From assembly GCA_022820645.1 (NCBI GenBank), contig JAJEFD010000013.1, positions 71,308-135,307 on the forward strand: a DNA stretch of 64,000 nucleotides. The letters are read 5' to 3'. The notes beneath the pieces are model-generated. The model worked only from the letters and a program-made list of their open reading frames with translations, did not search any database and was not told the origin of the DNA. The stretch comes from Dehalococcoidia bacterium (GTDB lineage: Bacteria; Chloroflexota; Dehalococcoidia; Lucifugimonadales; Australimonadaceae). A program made the translations under genes and the position numbers. Shown piece by piece: positions 38,877-46,920 of this stretch; the stretch's first letter is position 1, and every line of letters starts with the position of its first letter.

Positions 38877-40334
38877 ATGACGGTCCGCGTCAGGTACGCA
38901 CCGAGCCCGACCGGCGACCCGCACGTCGGCAACATACGGTCGGCGCTGTTCAACTGGCTGTACGCCCGTCACACCGGCGGCACGTTCATCGTGCGCATCG
39001 AGGACACCGACCAGGCGCGGATGGTCCCCGGCTCGGTCGAGACGATCCTGGACGCGCTCCGATGGCTCGGCCTCGACTGGGACGAGGGGCCGGGGTCGGA
39101 CACGCCGCACGGGCCGTACGTGCAGTCGGAGCGTCTCGACCTCTACACGGAGCACGCGGAGCGGCTGATCACCGAGGGGAAGGCGTACTACTGCTACTGC
39201 ACGCCGGAGCGGCTCGACGCGGTGCGGAAGGAGCGGCAGAAGGCGCGCCAGCCTACGGGCTACGACCGGCGCTGCCGCGAGCCGGAGGGGGCCGAGCAGG
39301 CGCAGGAGGAGAACCCGAACCCTCCCGTCGTGCGGTTCAAGATGCCAGTCGAGGGCTCGCTCACGGTCAACGACTTCGTTCGCGGCGAGGTGACGTTCGA
39401 CGTATCGCTGCTGGACGACTTCGTGCTGCTGAAGTCGGACGGCTACCCCACGTACCACCTCGCGAACGTGGTGGACGATCACCTGATGGAGATAACGCAC
39501 GTGATGCGGGCGGAAGAGTGGCTGCCGAGCGCGCCGCGCCACCGGCTGCTGTACGAGGCGTTCGGCTACGAGATGCCGGTGCTGGTGCACCTGCCGCTCA
39601 TCCTGGGGCCGGACCGTTCCAAGCTGAGCAAACGTCACGGCGCTGCGTCGGTGCTGGAGTTCCGCGACATGGGCTACCTGCCGGACGCGCTGGTCAACTT
39701 CCTCGCGCTGCTCGGCTGGTCGCTCGATGAGACGAGCGAGGTGTTCACGAAGGACGAGCTCGTCGAACACTTCACGCCGGAGCGCATCGTGGCGAGTCCG
39801 GCGGTGTTCAACATCGAGAAGCTGGACTGGTTCAACGGCCTGTACATCCGGGGCATGAGCGACGACGCGCTCGCGGACGCTCTCGTGCCGTGGCTGGAAG
39901 ACGAGGAGCACGGGCTTCCCGGTAACACGCTTCCGGTGGACCGCGACTACCTTGCCTCTATCGTGCCGCTGGAGCGCGAGCGGCTGAAGCGGCTGTCGGA
40001 GGCGCCGGAGATGCTGTCGTTCTTCTTCGAGGAGCGCCTGACGTACGACGCGTCGCTGCTCGTGCCGAAGGGGCTGGACGCCGACGGCGCGCGCGGCGCG
40101 CTCGAAGCGGCGCTCGCTACTGCCGAAGGCGCCGACGACTGGAGTGTCGCCGCGCTGGAAGCCTCATACCGGGCGCTCGCGGAGGCGTCGGGCATCAAGA
40201 CCGGGCAGCTGTTCGGGGCGATACGCGTCGCGGTCACGGGGCGCACCGCCGCACCGCCGCTGTTCGACACGCTGTCGGTGCTGGGCAGGGAGCGCTGCGT
40301 GTCGCGGCTGCGCGCCGCGCTGGAAGCGCTCTGA
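38877..40334 (+). CDS. gltX: glutamate--tRNA ligase
   Basis: VRVRYAPSPTGDPHVGNIRSALFNWLYAR (HIGH-type motif) and LSKRHG (KMSKS-type). Confidence 0.95.
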   Translation: MTVRVRYAPSPTGDPHVGNIRSALFNWLYARHTGGTFIVRIEDTDQARMVPGSVETILDALRWLGLDWDEGPGSDTPHGPYVQSERLDLYTEHAERLITEGKAYYCYCTPERLDAVRKERQKARQPTGYDRRCREPEGAEQAQEENPNPPVVRFKMPVEGSLTVNDFVRGEVTFDVSLLDDFVLLKSDGYPTYHLANVVDDHLMEITHVMRAEEWLPSAPRHRLLYEAFGYEMPVLVHLPLILGPDRSKLSKRHGAASVLEFRDMGYLPDALVNFLALLGWSLDETSEVFTKDELVEHFTPERIVASPAVFNIEKLDWFNGLYIRGMSDDALADALVPWLEDEEHGLPGNTLPVDRDYLASIVPLERERLKRLSEAPEMLSFFFEERLTYDASLLVPKGLDADGARGALEAALATAEGADDWSVAALEASYRALAEASGIKTGQLFGAIRVAVTGRTAAPPLFDTLSVLGRERCVSRLRAALEAL

Positions 40335-40376
40335 GGCGTCGGCAGCGCCGGTTTGCTATCATAGTTCCCTGGGCAC

Positions 40377-40450
40377 TGGGGATTCGGCTAGTGGTAGGCC
40401 GCCTGACTCTGGATCAGGTAACGATGGTTCGAATCCATCATCCCCAGCCA
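40377..40450 (+). tRNA. tRNA-Gln (anticodon CTG), CCA encoded
   Basis: Hand-folded cloverleaf. Acceptor TGGGGAT/ATCCCCA, anticodon stem CCTGA/TCAGG with loop CT-CTG-GA, and T-arm GATGG-TTCGAAT-CCATC. Confidence 0.9.
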
Positions 40451-40469
40451 ATCTCCCCCGCGTTCGACA

Positions 40470-40871
40470 TCAGCCCCTTCCCGTTGCAACCGATCCCGGG
40501 TCAGTCATTGCGTCTTGCGCCTGGAGGAGGACGTCGGCGGGTATGTCGAGGTGCTTGTGGAGCGCCCTGGCCATGGGCATCGTGATGTCCCGTTTGCCTG
40601 CGAGGACCTCCGACACCTCGGCATGGCTCCCTATGAGCGGCACGAGGTCGCGCGGAGTCAGCCCGGCCTGCTCCATGCGGAATTCTATAGCGGCGGCGGG
40701 GCTGGGCAGTTCCTTCTCCATGTACCTGGACTCGTAGAGGATGACGAGATCCCCCAGAAGGTCGAGCTCTTCACCCTCAGGAGTGCCGGGCGCAGCGTCC
40801 ATCAGTTCCCCGATGCGCGCCACGGCAGCATCGTAGTCCGCCTCAGTGCGGACCGGTTTGACAGAGACCAT
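40470..40871 (-). CDS. higA: HigA-family antitoxin (XRE HTH)
   Basis: MVSVKPVRTEADYDAAVARIGELMDA...EFRMEQAGLTPRDLVPLIGSHAEVSEVLAGKR. It starts 3 nt after the higB stop. Confidence 0.85.
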   Translation of the reverse strand: MVSVKPVRTEADYDAAVARIGELMDAAPGTPEGEELDLLGDLVILYESRYMEKELPSPAAAIEFRMEQAGLTPRDLVPLIGSHAEVSEVLAGKRDITMPMARALHKHLDIPADVLLQAQDAMTDPGSVATGRG

Positions 40872-40873
40872 CG

Positions 40874-41167
40874 CTACACCTCCTCCGCGTCGACCCTGTC
40901 GTATTCGGCGTGAGTGCCCAGGAAGCGTACGTACACCGACCGGTAAGGGTAGTTGATATGGACGACCAGCCGGTAGTCGTTGCCCTTGATGTTGAAGACG
41001 ATGCGATTGTTCTTTATGACGCTGGCGTTGGGATACCGTGACTTCACAGCGGCCGGCGTATCCCAATCCGCGTTCTCTGCTTCCTTGTACCAGGCGAGCA
41101 GTGGGTGCTTGGCATCCGGGTGACCGCCCCAGAACTCGCGCAATCGTTTGTAGGTGAAGATGCGCAC
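40874..41167 (-). CDS. higB: type II toxin HigB (RelE-fold mRNA interferase)
   Basis: MRIFTYKRLREFWGGHPDAKHPLLAWYKEAENADWDTPAAVKSRYPNASVIKNNRIVFNIKGNDYRLVVHINYPYRSVYVRFLGTHAEYDRVD, the classic HigB_toxin family pattern. Confidence 0.87.
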   Translation of the reverse strand: MRIFTYKRLREFWGGHPDAKHPLLAWYKEAENADWDTPAAVKSRYPNASVIKNNRIVFNIKGNDYRLVVHINYPYRSVYVRFLGTHAEYDRVDAEEV

Positions 41168-41251
41168 TCAAGCATCACGGCTAAGGATATCCCCATTATA
41201 GTATCGGTGCTTGCGCTACACTTGCCGCGCAGCACGCAGGAGGGAGCGCCG

Positions 41252-42067
41252 ATGACCAACAACGCTGGCGAACACCTACGGATGGGGGCCGGACTCGGCA
41301 GGCTGAACGGGCAGGTAGCGGTGGTGACCGGCGCCGAGAGCGGCATCGGCAGGGCGACGGCGCGGCTGTTCGCCCGCGAGGGCGCCAGGGTCGTCTGCGC
41401 CGACGTGGCGGAGCGGGGCAACCCGCGCACGGACCGGCTCATCGAGGCCGACGGCGGCGAGGCGCACTTCCTGCTGGGCGACGTGTCGCAGAAGGCGGTG
41501 TGCGAGGAGATGGTGAGCACCGCGATCGACCGGTTCGGGGGGCTGGACGTGCTGTACCTCAACGCCGGCACCGGCGTTCGGAAGAAGCTCCACGAGATGT
41601 CCGACGAGGAGTGGGACCACGTCATCAACCTGAACCTGTACGGCGTCTATCACGGGGTGCAGGCCGTGCTCCCGCACTTCATGGAGCAGGGGCACGGGAA
41701 CATCGTCATCACAGCGTCGAGCTTCGGGCTGCGGGCAAGCCCGCGCTATCCGTCGTACAGCGCGACGAAGGCGGCGCTGGTGAACCTGACGCGGCAGTTG
41801 GCGGTGGACTACGGGCCGGAGATACGCGTCAACTGCGTGTGCCCGGGGCCGATCGACACGAACCGCATCCGCGAGTTCCCGCCGCGCCCGCGCCCCATCG
41901 ACGAGGACCAGCGGTACGAGGCGGGACAGCGCGTCGCGGCGCTGCACCGCATGGGGCAGCCGGAGGAGGTCGCGTACTGCGTGCTCTTCCTGGCGAGCGA
42001 GGAGTCGTCGTTCGTGACCGGCCACGCGCTCGTGGTCGACGGCGGACAGACGATAACGGTGCAATGA
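41252..42067 (+). CDS. SDR family oxidoreductase
   Basis: VAVVTGAESGIGRATARLFAREGARVV, NAG, YSATKAALVNL. The SD aggaggga lies before ATG 41252. Confidence 0.9.
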   Translation: MTNNAGEHLRMGAGLGRLNGQVAVVTGAESGIGRATARLFAREGARVVCADVAERGNPRTDRLIEADGGEAHFLLGDVSQKAVCEEMVSTAIDRFGGLDVLYLNAGTGVRKKLHEMSDEEWDHVINLNLYGVYHGVQAVLPHFMEQGHGNIVITASSFGLRASPRYPSYSATKAALVNLTRQLAVDYGPEIRVNCVCPGPIDTNRIREFPPRPRPIDEDQRYEAGQRVAALHRMGQPEEVAYCVLFLASEESSFVTGHALVVDGGQTITVQ

Positions 42068-42471
42068 GCGACCTCACTCCCGAACAGATGGCCGAGTTCC
42101 TGGAGCGGCCGCTCGTCGCGGTGTTCGTAACGCTGCGGGCGAACGGGACGCCGCACGCCATCCCCGTGTGGTACGAGTACCGGGACGGCGAGTTCATCGT
42201 GTTCACGAGCAGCAAGTTCCAGCGGGTGAAGAACCTCGAACGGAACAACCGCGCAGCGATCACTATCTCGACGCACGACGAGCCGTACAGGTACGTATCG
42301 GCAGAGGGGCCGGTCGTCATCACGAAAGAGGGCGTGGAGGAGACGGGGTACTCGATAGCAAGGCGCTACATGGGGGAGAACGCCCAACAGTTCATGGACG
42401 ACGTGTACGATGAGACCGCAGTGTTGCTGCGGCTCACCCCGGAGCGCATCCTGACCTGGATCGAGGACTAG
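42064..42471 (+). CDS. pyridoxamine 5'-phosphate oxidase family / F420-binding split-barrel protein
   Basis: MSDLTPEQMAEFLERPLVAVFVTLRANGTPHAIPVWYEYRDGEFIVFTS. ATGA overlap with the upstream SDR gene. Confidence 0.8.
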   Translation: MSDLTPEQMAEFLERPLVAVFVTLRANGTPHAIPVWYEYRDGEFIVFTSSKFQRVKNLERNNRAAITISTHDEPYRYVSAEGPVVITKEGVEETGYSIARRYMGENAQQFMDDVYDETAVLLRLTPERILTWIED

Positions 42472-42523
42472 GGGGTAACCCTCACCCCCAGCCCCTCTCC
42501 CAGGGGAGAGGGGAGCAGGCACC

Positions 42524-42566
42524 CCGAGAGATTCCTCGACTCCGCTACGCTTCGCTCGGAATGACA
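42524..42566 (-). repeat. type-E half-element (single MITE arm, inverted orientation)
   Basis: ccgagagattcctcgactccgctacgcttcgctcggaatgaca. Confidence 0.85.
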
Positions 42567-42611
42567 ACTCCACGAGCAGGGTAGCAAGCCGCTGCGTGTA
42601 CTGTCGCGCCT

Positions 42612-42638
42612 CTGGATTCCCGCCTTCGCGGGAATGAC
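42612..42638 (-). repeat. type-A REP hairpin copy (inverted orientation)
   Basis: ctggattcccgccttcgcgggaatgac. The extended unit runs up to the yajQ stop codon. Confidence 0.9.
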
Positions 42639-42678
42639 GGAGAAGAGCGGGAAGACGAGAAAGGCGGGAATGACGAGG

Positions 42679-43164
42679 TTACTCGCGGAAGTTGACGTAC
42701 TGCAGGGGCTGCTCGATGCCCATCTCCTTGATGAAGGCGATGACTTCCTGCAGGTCGTCGCGCTTCTTGCCGGAGACGCGGAGTTCGTCCCCCTGGATGG
42801 CAAGTTGGACGCGGATCTTCGTGCCCTTCACGGCCTTCACGATCTTCCGGGCGAGGTCGCCGTCGATGCCCTGCCGGATGGTGACCTGCTGGCGGAGGCT
42901 GTCGCCGGTGGCCTTCTGCGGCGTTTCGAACGAGAGCGAGCGGCTGTCGACGTCGCGGCGGGCAAAGTAGGTGTGGATGAGGTCGTGCACCTGGCGGAGC
43001 TGGAGGTCGTTGTCGGCGGTGACGGTGAGGGCGCCGCCCGAGCGCTCGACACCCGCGCGGGTGCCCTTGAGGTCGAAGCGCTGCTGGGTCTCGCGTTTCA
43101 CGCCGTTGACGGCGTTGTCCACCTCCGTGAGATCGACCTTTGATACGACATCGAACGACGGCAT
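42679..43164 (-). CDS. yajQ: YajQ family nucleotide (cyclic di-GMP)-binding protein
   Basis: MPSFDVVSKVDLTEVDNAVNGVKRETQQRFDLKGT...LQYVNFRE. The SD ggaggt lies before ATG 43164. Confidence 0.9.
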   Translation of the reverse strand: MPSFDVVSKVDLTEVDNAVNGVKRETQQRFDLKGTRAGVERSGGALTVTADNDLQLRQVHDLIHTYFARRDVDSRSLSFETPQKATGDSLRQQVTIRQGIDGDLARKIVKAVKGTKIRVQLAIQGDELRVSGKKRDDLQEVIAFIKEMGIEQPLQYVNFRE

Positions 43165-43228
43165 TCTAAGGACCTCCATGGCCAGCGTAGTTATTCCCTT
43201 TTTGTGACCGTGTGCGCGCTGCGCACCG

Positions 43229-43255
43229 CTGGATTCCCGCCTTCGCGGGAATGAC
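43229..43255 (-). repeat. type-A REP hairpin copy (inverted orientation)
   Basis: ctggattcccgccttcgcgggaatgac. The extended unit runs up to the MBL hydrolase stop codon. Confidence 0.9.
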
Positions 43256-43278
43256 GGGGAGAAGCGGGAGTGACGAGA

Positions 43279-44202
43279 TTACTTGGCCCTGCGGGCCTGA
43301 CGTTCATAGTAACGCACGTAGGAGACGACGACCGGCCAGTAGGAGCGGTCGGCCTTCGCGGGGTCGGCGAAGAGATGGGTGCGGACGTCGACCTCCATCT
43401 CGGCCTCACTCTTGCCTGCAGCCATGCCTTTCTTGATGAGTTCGCCGAGCTCGACGGTGATGCGCTCGACGGCGTCGATGGCGAAAGCGGGGTTGGAGGC
43501 GAGGAAGCCGGAGTGGACGGGCAGCAGGTACTTCGGAGCGAGCTCGCGCGCCTTGCGGATCGAGGCGATGCTCGCGTCGACGTCGAAGTACGGCAGCGTC
43601 ATCGGGGGGTCGGGGAGGAAGCGCGGCGGCTTGTAGTTGCCGAGGCCGTGGCCGCAGTAGAGCGCCTCGTTCGCCTCGTCGTAGACGCCGATGTGGTCGA
43701 GCGAGTGCCCCGGCATGAACACGATGCGGTATGGCGCTCCGCTGCCGAAGTCGAGCGTGTCGCCGTCCTCGACCGTGACCATGTCCTCGTCCGGCACAGG
43801 GAGGATGTCGCCGAAGACGGCCGCCCACGTCTCGCCGAAGACGTCGGCGGTGCCCGCGATGAGGCGTGCGGGGTCGCGCATGAAGGGTGCGCCGCGCGTG
43901 TGGAAGACGGCCTTCGCGCGGGGGAGTTCCCGTACGAGCCAGCCGCTGCCGCCCGCGTGGTCTATGTGGATGTGCGACGGGACGATCCATTCGATGGCGT
44001 CGGTGTCATGGCCGAGCTTGCGGATGGCGTCGAGCAGCTCCTCGGCGATGGACGTGGGGCCGGGATCGAGGATGGCGGGGTGGTCGCCCGCGACGAACCA
44101 CGCGGCATGGGGCATCGCACCGTCGGTGAAGAGCTCGGCGGTGTCGCGCCCGTACTCGGTGCGGAACTCCCAGACGCCGGGGAAGATGCGTTCGGTCTCC
44201 AA
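43279..44202 (-). CDS. MBL-fold metallo-hydrolase
   Basis: VPSHIHIDHAGGSG (HxHxDH motif), 307 aa. Confidence 0.85.
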   Translation of the reverse strand: METERIFPGVWEFRTEYGRDTAELFTDGAMPHAAWFVAGDHPAILDPGPTSIAEELLDAIRKLGHDTDAIEWIVPSHIHIDHAGGSGWLVRELPRAKAVFHTRGAPFMRDPARLIAGTADVFGETWAAVFGDILPVPDEDMVTVEDGDTLDFGSGAPYRIVFMPGHSLDHIGVYDEANEALYCGHGLGNYKPPRFLPDPPMTLPYFDVDASIASIRKARELAPKYLLPVHSGFLASNPAFAIDAVERITVELGELIKKGMAAGKSEAEMEVDVRTHLFADPAKADRSYWPVVVSYVRYYERQARRAK

Positions 44203-44222
44203 GGGTGGCCTCCTGCAGAGGC

Positions 44223-45632
44223 TTAGGATATCAGTCCCCGTACACCAGACGCCTGCAGGTCAGGCAGCCGCCCCCCGGCGCGCGGCGCGCCACGGCTTGC
44301 GCGTGAACCGGCGCCCGAGGCCCGCTGGATCTCACTCCACTTGCGCTCTTCTTCCGGAGTGATGAACGTCACGGCTTCGCCGGTGCGGCCCATGCGGCCC
44401 GTGCGTCCTATGCGGTGCGTGAAAAGCTGTTCCGAGTCAGGGAGGTCGTAGTTGATAACCTGACCTATGCCTTCGATGTCCAGCCTCCTGGCCGCCACGT
44501 TCGTTGCCACAAGGATGGGGGCTGCGCCGGAGCGGAAGTCGACCATCACGCGTTCACGCGCGTTCTGGCTGAGGTTCCCCTGGAGCGCGCCGACCGGATA
44601 GCCCAGTGCGTCGAGTTGCTTCGCCAGCTTCTTGACGCCGTGCTTAGTCTTGCCAAAGACGAGGACCGGTGCGTCGTCGCGCTGGTCCAACAGCGTCTGC
44701 AGGGCGCCTATCTTGTCGCCCTTCTCGATGGAGTAGACGAGGTGCTCCACAGTAGGCACGGCCTGCATCCCGGCGTCCACTTCCACGGTCACGGGGTCGT
44801 GCAGCTGCCTGGAAGCGGTCTTCGCCACCCACTCCGGCATGGTCGCGGAGAGGAGAGCCGTCTGCCGCTCGGATGGGGTCTCGCCGAGGATGGCCTCCAC
44901 GTCGTGGGCGAACCCCTTGTCCAGCATCTCGTCCGCCTCGTCCAGGACGAGGAAGCGCACCGAGCGGAGGTCGAGCGTGCCTCGCCGGAGGTGGTCCAGC
45001 GTGCGGCCCGGCGTACCGATGACGATCTGGGCCCCGCTATCCAGCGCCTTTGCCTCGGGCAGCAGCGAGCGGCCGCCGTACAGCAGCGTCGTGCGCAGCC
45101 GCCGCGATGCAGCGAGGGACTCGGTGACACCGGCCACCTGGATGGCAAGTTCCCGTGTGGGCACGAGCACCAACGCCTGCACCCGCCGGAGTGACGGGTC
45201 GCAACGCTCCACGAGGGGTGCGGCGAATGCAAGCGTCTTCCCGGACCCGGTGCGCGCTTGCCCTATCACATCACGGCCCGCCAGGAGGTGAGGGATGGAC
45301 TTCTCCTGTATGGGCGTGGGCTCCGTTATGTTCATCCGGGCGATGGCGGCCCTGGTTCCTGCCTGCAGGGGGATGCCGGGAAACACAACTCCACCCTCCG
45401 ATGCGCCACCGGAACCGGGTCGAGCCGCGGCTGGCAATGCCGTTGCGGGACCACCCTTCGCGGGAAGACGGCCGGCACGACGGGCCCTGAAACACGGGGA
45501 GCAGTAGACGGGCCTACCCTGGCGAGGCCGGAAACGGACAACGGTGGGCGTACTACAGTCAGCACAAAGGGTGGAGTGTCGCTGGGTACGGTTAGTGGGA
45601 CGCGGGCGGGCCGGTAGAGATTCAAAAGGCAT
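44223..45632 (-). CDS. DEAD-box ATP-dependent RNA helicase with N-terminal CxxC...CxxC zinc-ribbon-like segment
   Basis: Q motif/I: EPTPIQEKSIP, AQTGSGKT-like ARTGSGKTLAF. II: VLDEADEM. III: SAT. VI: HRIGRTGRMG. The N-terminal 45 aa read CADCSTPTVVRFRPRQGRPVYCSPCF. The start is taken at MPFESL (ATG 45632); the upstream track extension is the antisense of the next gene. Confidence 0.9.
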   Translation of the reverse strand: MPFESLPARPRPTNRTQRHSTLCADCSTPTVVRFRPRQGRPVYCSPCFRARRAGRLPAKGGPATALPAAARPGSGGASEGGVVFPGIPLQAGTRAAIARMNITEPTPIQEKSIPHLLAGRDVIGQARTGSGKTLAFAAPLVERCDPSLRRVQALVLVPTRELAIQVAGVTESLAASRRLRTTLLYGGRSLLPEAKALDSGAQIVIGTPGRTLDHLRRGTLDLRSVRFLVLDEADEMLDKGFAHDVEAILGETPSERQTALLSATMPEWVAKTASRQLHDPVTVEVDAGMQAVPTVEHLVYSIEKGDKIGALQTLLDQRDDAPVLVFGKTKHGVKKLAKQLDALGYPVGALQGNLSQNARERVMVDFRSGAAPILVATNVAARRLDIEGIGQVINYDLPDSEQLFTHRIGRTGRMGRTGEAVTFITPEEERKWSEIQRASGAGSRASRGAPRAGGRLPDLQASGVRGLIS

Positions 45633-45744
45633 ATATGACAGGTTACGTGAGTGCGCGGGATAAGCGCAATGATTGAGTGACGCAACGAGAGCCCGCCTTA
45701 CGGGATCGCCTGTGCAGGTGCGGGATGACGGCGCTGCCGGAGGC

Positions 45745-46905
45745 TCAGTCCCAGTGGAAGCAGGCGGCAGGGTTGTCCCAGAGGAGACGGCGCTTGTCGT
45801 CGTCGTTGAGCTGGTCCCAGCCGAGGACGAGGTCGACGGAGTCGGGGAAGCGGGACTCGGCGTGCGGGAAGTCGGAGCCAAACATGAGGACGTGGTCGCC
45901 CATCATCTCCGAGACCATCTTCACCATGTCCGGGCCCTCGTGGAGGACGACGGCGGCGAAGAAGCGTCCGCCGGTCATGTACTCCTCCATCGTGTGCCGG
46001 AGGTCTTCGGCGACGTAGCCCATGTAGTGCACCTGGTCTTCCATCCGCTTCATCCAGAAGGGGAGCCAGCCGAAGCCCGACTCCAGGATGGCGAGGTTGA
46101 GGTTGGGGTACTTGTCGAGCAGCCCCGCGCCGATGAAGGCGGCGGTCATGCGCATCGCGCCCCACGGGTGCGAGGCGGTGCGTCCGATGAAGGGGTTGTC
46201 CCAGAGGTCGCGGTAGCCAGGGTAACCGGCGGAGTTGCTGTGGTGCACGACGGTCAGTCCGGCGTCGTCTGCTGCGGCCCAGACGGGGTGGAGGTCCGGA
46301 TGGTCGATGGGATAGTCGAGGGGGAGTTCCAGCATGACGCCGCGCGCCCAGCGCGAGCCGCCCCACGTCTTGATCTCGCCGACGGCGTTCTCGATATCGC
46401 GAGCGTTCACGGTGATGAGCGAGGTGAGGCGGTCCGGGTAACGGCCACAGACGTCGTCCAGGAAGCGATGCACCGCGCCGATCATCGCGGCGTCGACGCT
46501 CAGGTCGTCGTGGCCGGTGAACGCGCCGTGCACCATGAGCTCGACGTCCACCCCCTCCTCGTCCATCTCCCGGATGCGGGTCTCGATGTCCCCATCCTCG
46601 GAGTAGCGCGAGGGGTAGATGCGGCCCTGGAAGTTCTGGAAGTGGCGCTCCTCCTGCTCGCGCGGTCCGGCCTCGCCGAGATGACGCGGTTTGCCGCTGC
46701 CCCATCCGCCCCTGCTCTCGAAGCGGTACCAGTGGGTGAACGGTGGTTCCAATACCTGCCCTGCTCTGCCGGTCCTAACCTCGCGCAGGAACCGGGCGAG
46801 CTCAGGCTGGCGGGCCTGAGTCGCGGCGTCCATGTAGGGCGTCAGCGTCTCGACCGACGGCTGGAGGTGCGTGTCGGCGTCGAAGACCTTGAATCCGTTG
46901 CGCAT
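45745..46905 (-). CDS. amidohydrolase-2 family protein, tandem copy 1
   Basis: MRNGFKVFDADTHLQPSVETL...VVHHS...MFGSDFPHAESRF. Confidence 0.85.
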   Translation of the reverse strand: MRNGFKVFDADTHLQPSVETLTPYMDAATQARQPELARFLREVRTGRAGQVLEPPFTHWYRFESRGGWGSGKPRHLGEAGPREQEERHFQNFQGRIYPSRYSEDGDIETRIREMDEEGVDVELMVHGAFTGHDDLSVDAAMIGAVHRFLDDVCGRYPDRLTSLITVNARDIENAVGEIKTWGGSRWARGVMLELPLDYPIDHPDLHPVWAAADDAGLTVVHHSNSAGYPGYRDLWDNPFIGRTASHPWGAMRMTAAFIGAGLLDKYPNLNLAILESGFGWLPFWMKRMEDQVHYMGYVAEDLRHTMEEYMTGGRFFAAVVLHEGPDMVKMVSEMMGDHVLMFGSDFPHAESRFPDSVDLVLGWDQLNDDDKRRLLWDNPAACFHWD

Positions 46906-46920
46906 CGTGTTTCTCCTTGC

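Noticed and set aside
37056-39911. 951-aa minus-strand ORF, the longest in the window
   Set aside because: It runs antisense to gltX and the AIM24 gene, and out of frame through the Rieske oxygenase. Its composition is dominated by R/P/A/H, with no domain recognisable.
44223-45881. Longer 552-aa version of the DEAD-box helicase
   Set aside because: The extra 83 N-terminal residues (Ser/Thr/Pro-rich) overlap the 3' end of the next amidohydrolase gene in antisense. The first plausible start is MPFESL at 45632.
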